From an uncultured Bacteroidales bacterium (GTDB taxonomy: Bacteria > Bacteroidota > Bacteroidia > Bacteroidales > Paludibacteraceae): a DNA stretch of 64,000 nucleotides. The position numbers and the translations under genes were made by a program. Below, one piece after another: positions 63,737 through 64,000 of the stretch. Each line of letters opens with the position of its first letter. Position 1 is the first letter of the stretch. The notes under the pieces were generated by a model. It made no database searches and was not told where the DNA came from. It saw nothing but the letters and a program-made list of their open reading frames with translations. The stretch spans positions 39,409-103,408 of the forward strand of contig ONWR01000005.1 in NCBI GenBank assembly GCA_900321605.1, written 5' to 3'.

Positions 63737-64000
63737 CATTTCCGCGAAAAAAGTAAGAAAAAGTTATTTTTGAAATGAGATTCGTCTAAAATTACCCCAA
63801 ATGGATCAAAAATTAGTATCTTTATCGTTCACAGATTACATAGTTGAAGCAGATTTTTATTATTCACAAAAGACACAAAGAAATAAATCACGATATAGTC
63901 ATAATCAATTAATTATCAATAGAATACATATATATTCAACAAATTTAACGCAACAGTAGTAATTTACGACAATAGTTCCAAAATCCGTTTGGCGTCAGAA

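Overview
The window looks like a chromosomal segment of a Bacteroidota genome, probably Bacteroidales or Prevotella-like. The taxon is an inference from four things: at least 12 promoters of the TTTG-N19/20-TAnnTTTG type, almost no Shine-Dalgarno sequences, a V-type ATPase operon, and a BspA-type LRR protein. About 55 genes are supported.

Core content:
- CE8 pectinesterase (5' partial)
- YidE/YbjL transporter, MATE pump, PPTase, dnaX, YgiQ radical SAM, M23 peptidase
- Crp/Fnr regulator, S41 protease, coaD, acyltransferase, C1 peptidase, prfB
- seven-gene V-type ATPase operon (17.7-25.1 kb)
- fabD, SDR, gltX, ffh, folD, prfA, rsmE, PAP2, FtsX-type permease, GSCFA protein, BspA-like LRR protein, EF-G paralogue
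- methylmalonyl-CoA epimerase/decarboxylase (Na+ pump) operon (42.5-47.2 kb), histidine kinase, ispE, mgtC, lon

From about 53.6 kb to the window end the content turns accessory or defence-like:
- an orphan ORF with a strong SD
- a short rubredoxin
- an orphan promoter-to-terminator unit
- a type III R-M system whose mod gene carries a low-GC central (TRD) block and a long structured leader
- a RayT-like HUH protein with an unknown C-terminal domain, paired with a membrane-anchored or secreted beta-beta-alpha-Me nuclease
- a low-GC HipBA module

The best candidate for something undescribed is the nuclease plus HUH-fusion pair at 60.2-62.1 kb, together with the non-coding elements flanking the type III R-M.

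The non-coding DNA is also unusual throughout:
- AT-only tandem oligomer spacers directly 5' of many start codons
- a CGTACAT heptamer family, one array of which lies inside a CDS
- 11-bp phased repeats and a shared palindromic half-site upstream of two strong operons
- a small REP-like hairpin family
- a low-GC four-helix-bundle gene wedged into the decarboxylase operon between inverted repeat words

No rRNA, tRNA, CRISPR array or complete IS element was seen. All protein calls rest on motif recognition by eye; no database search was possible.
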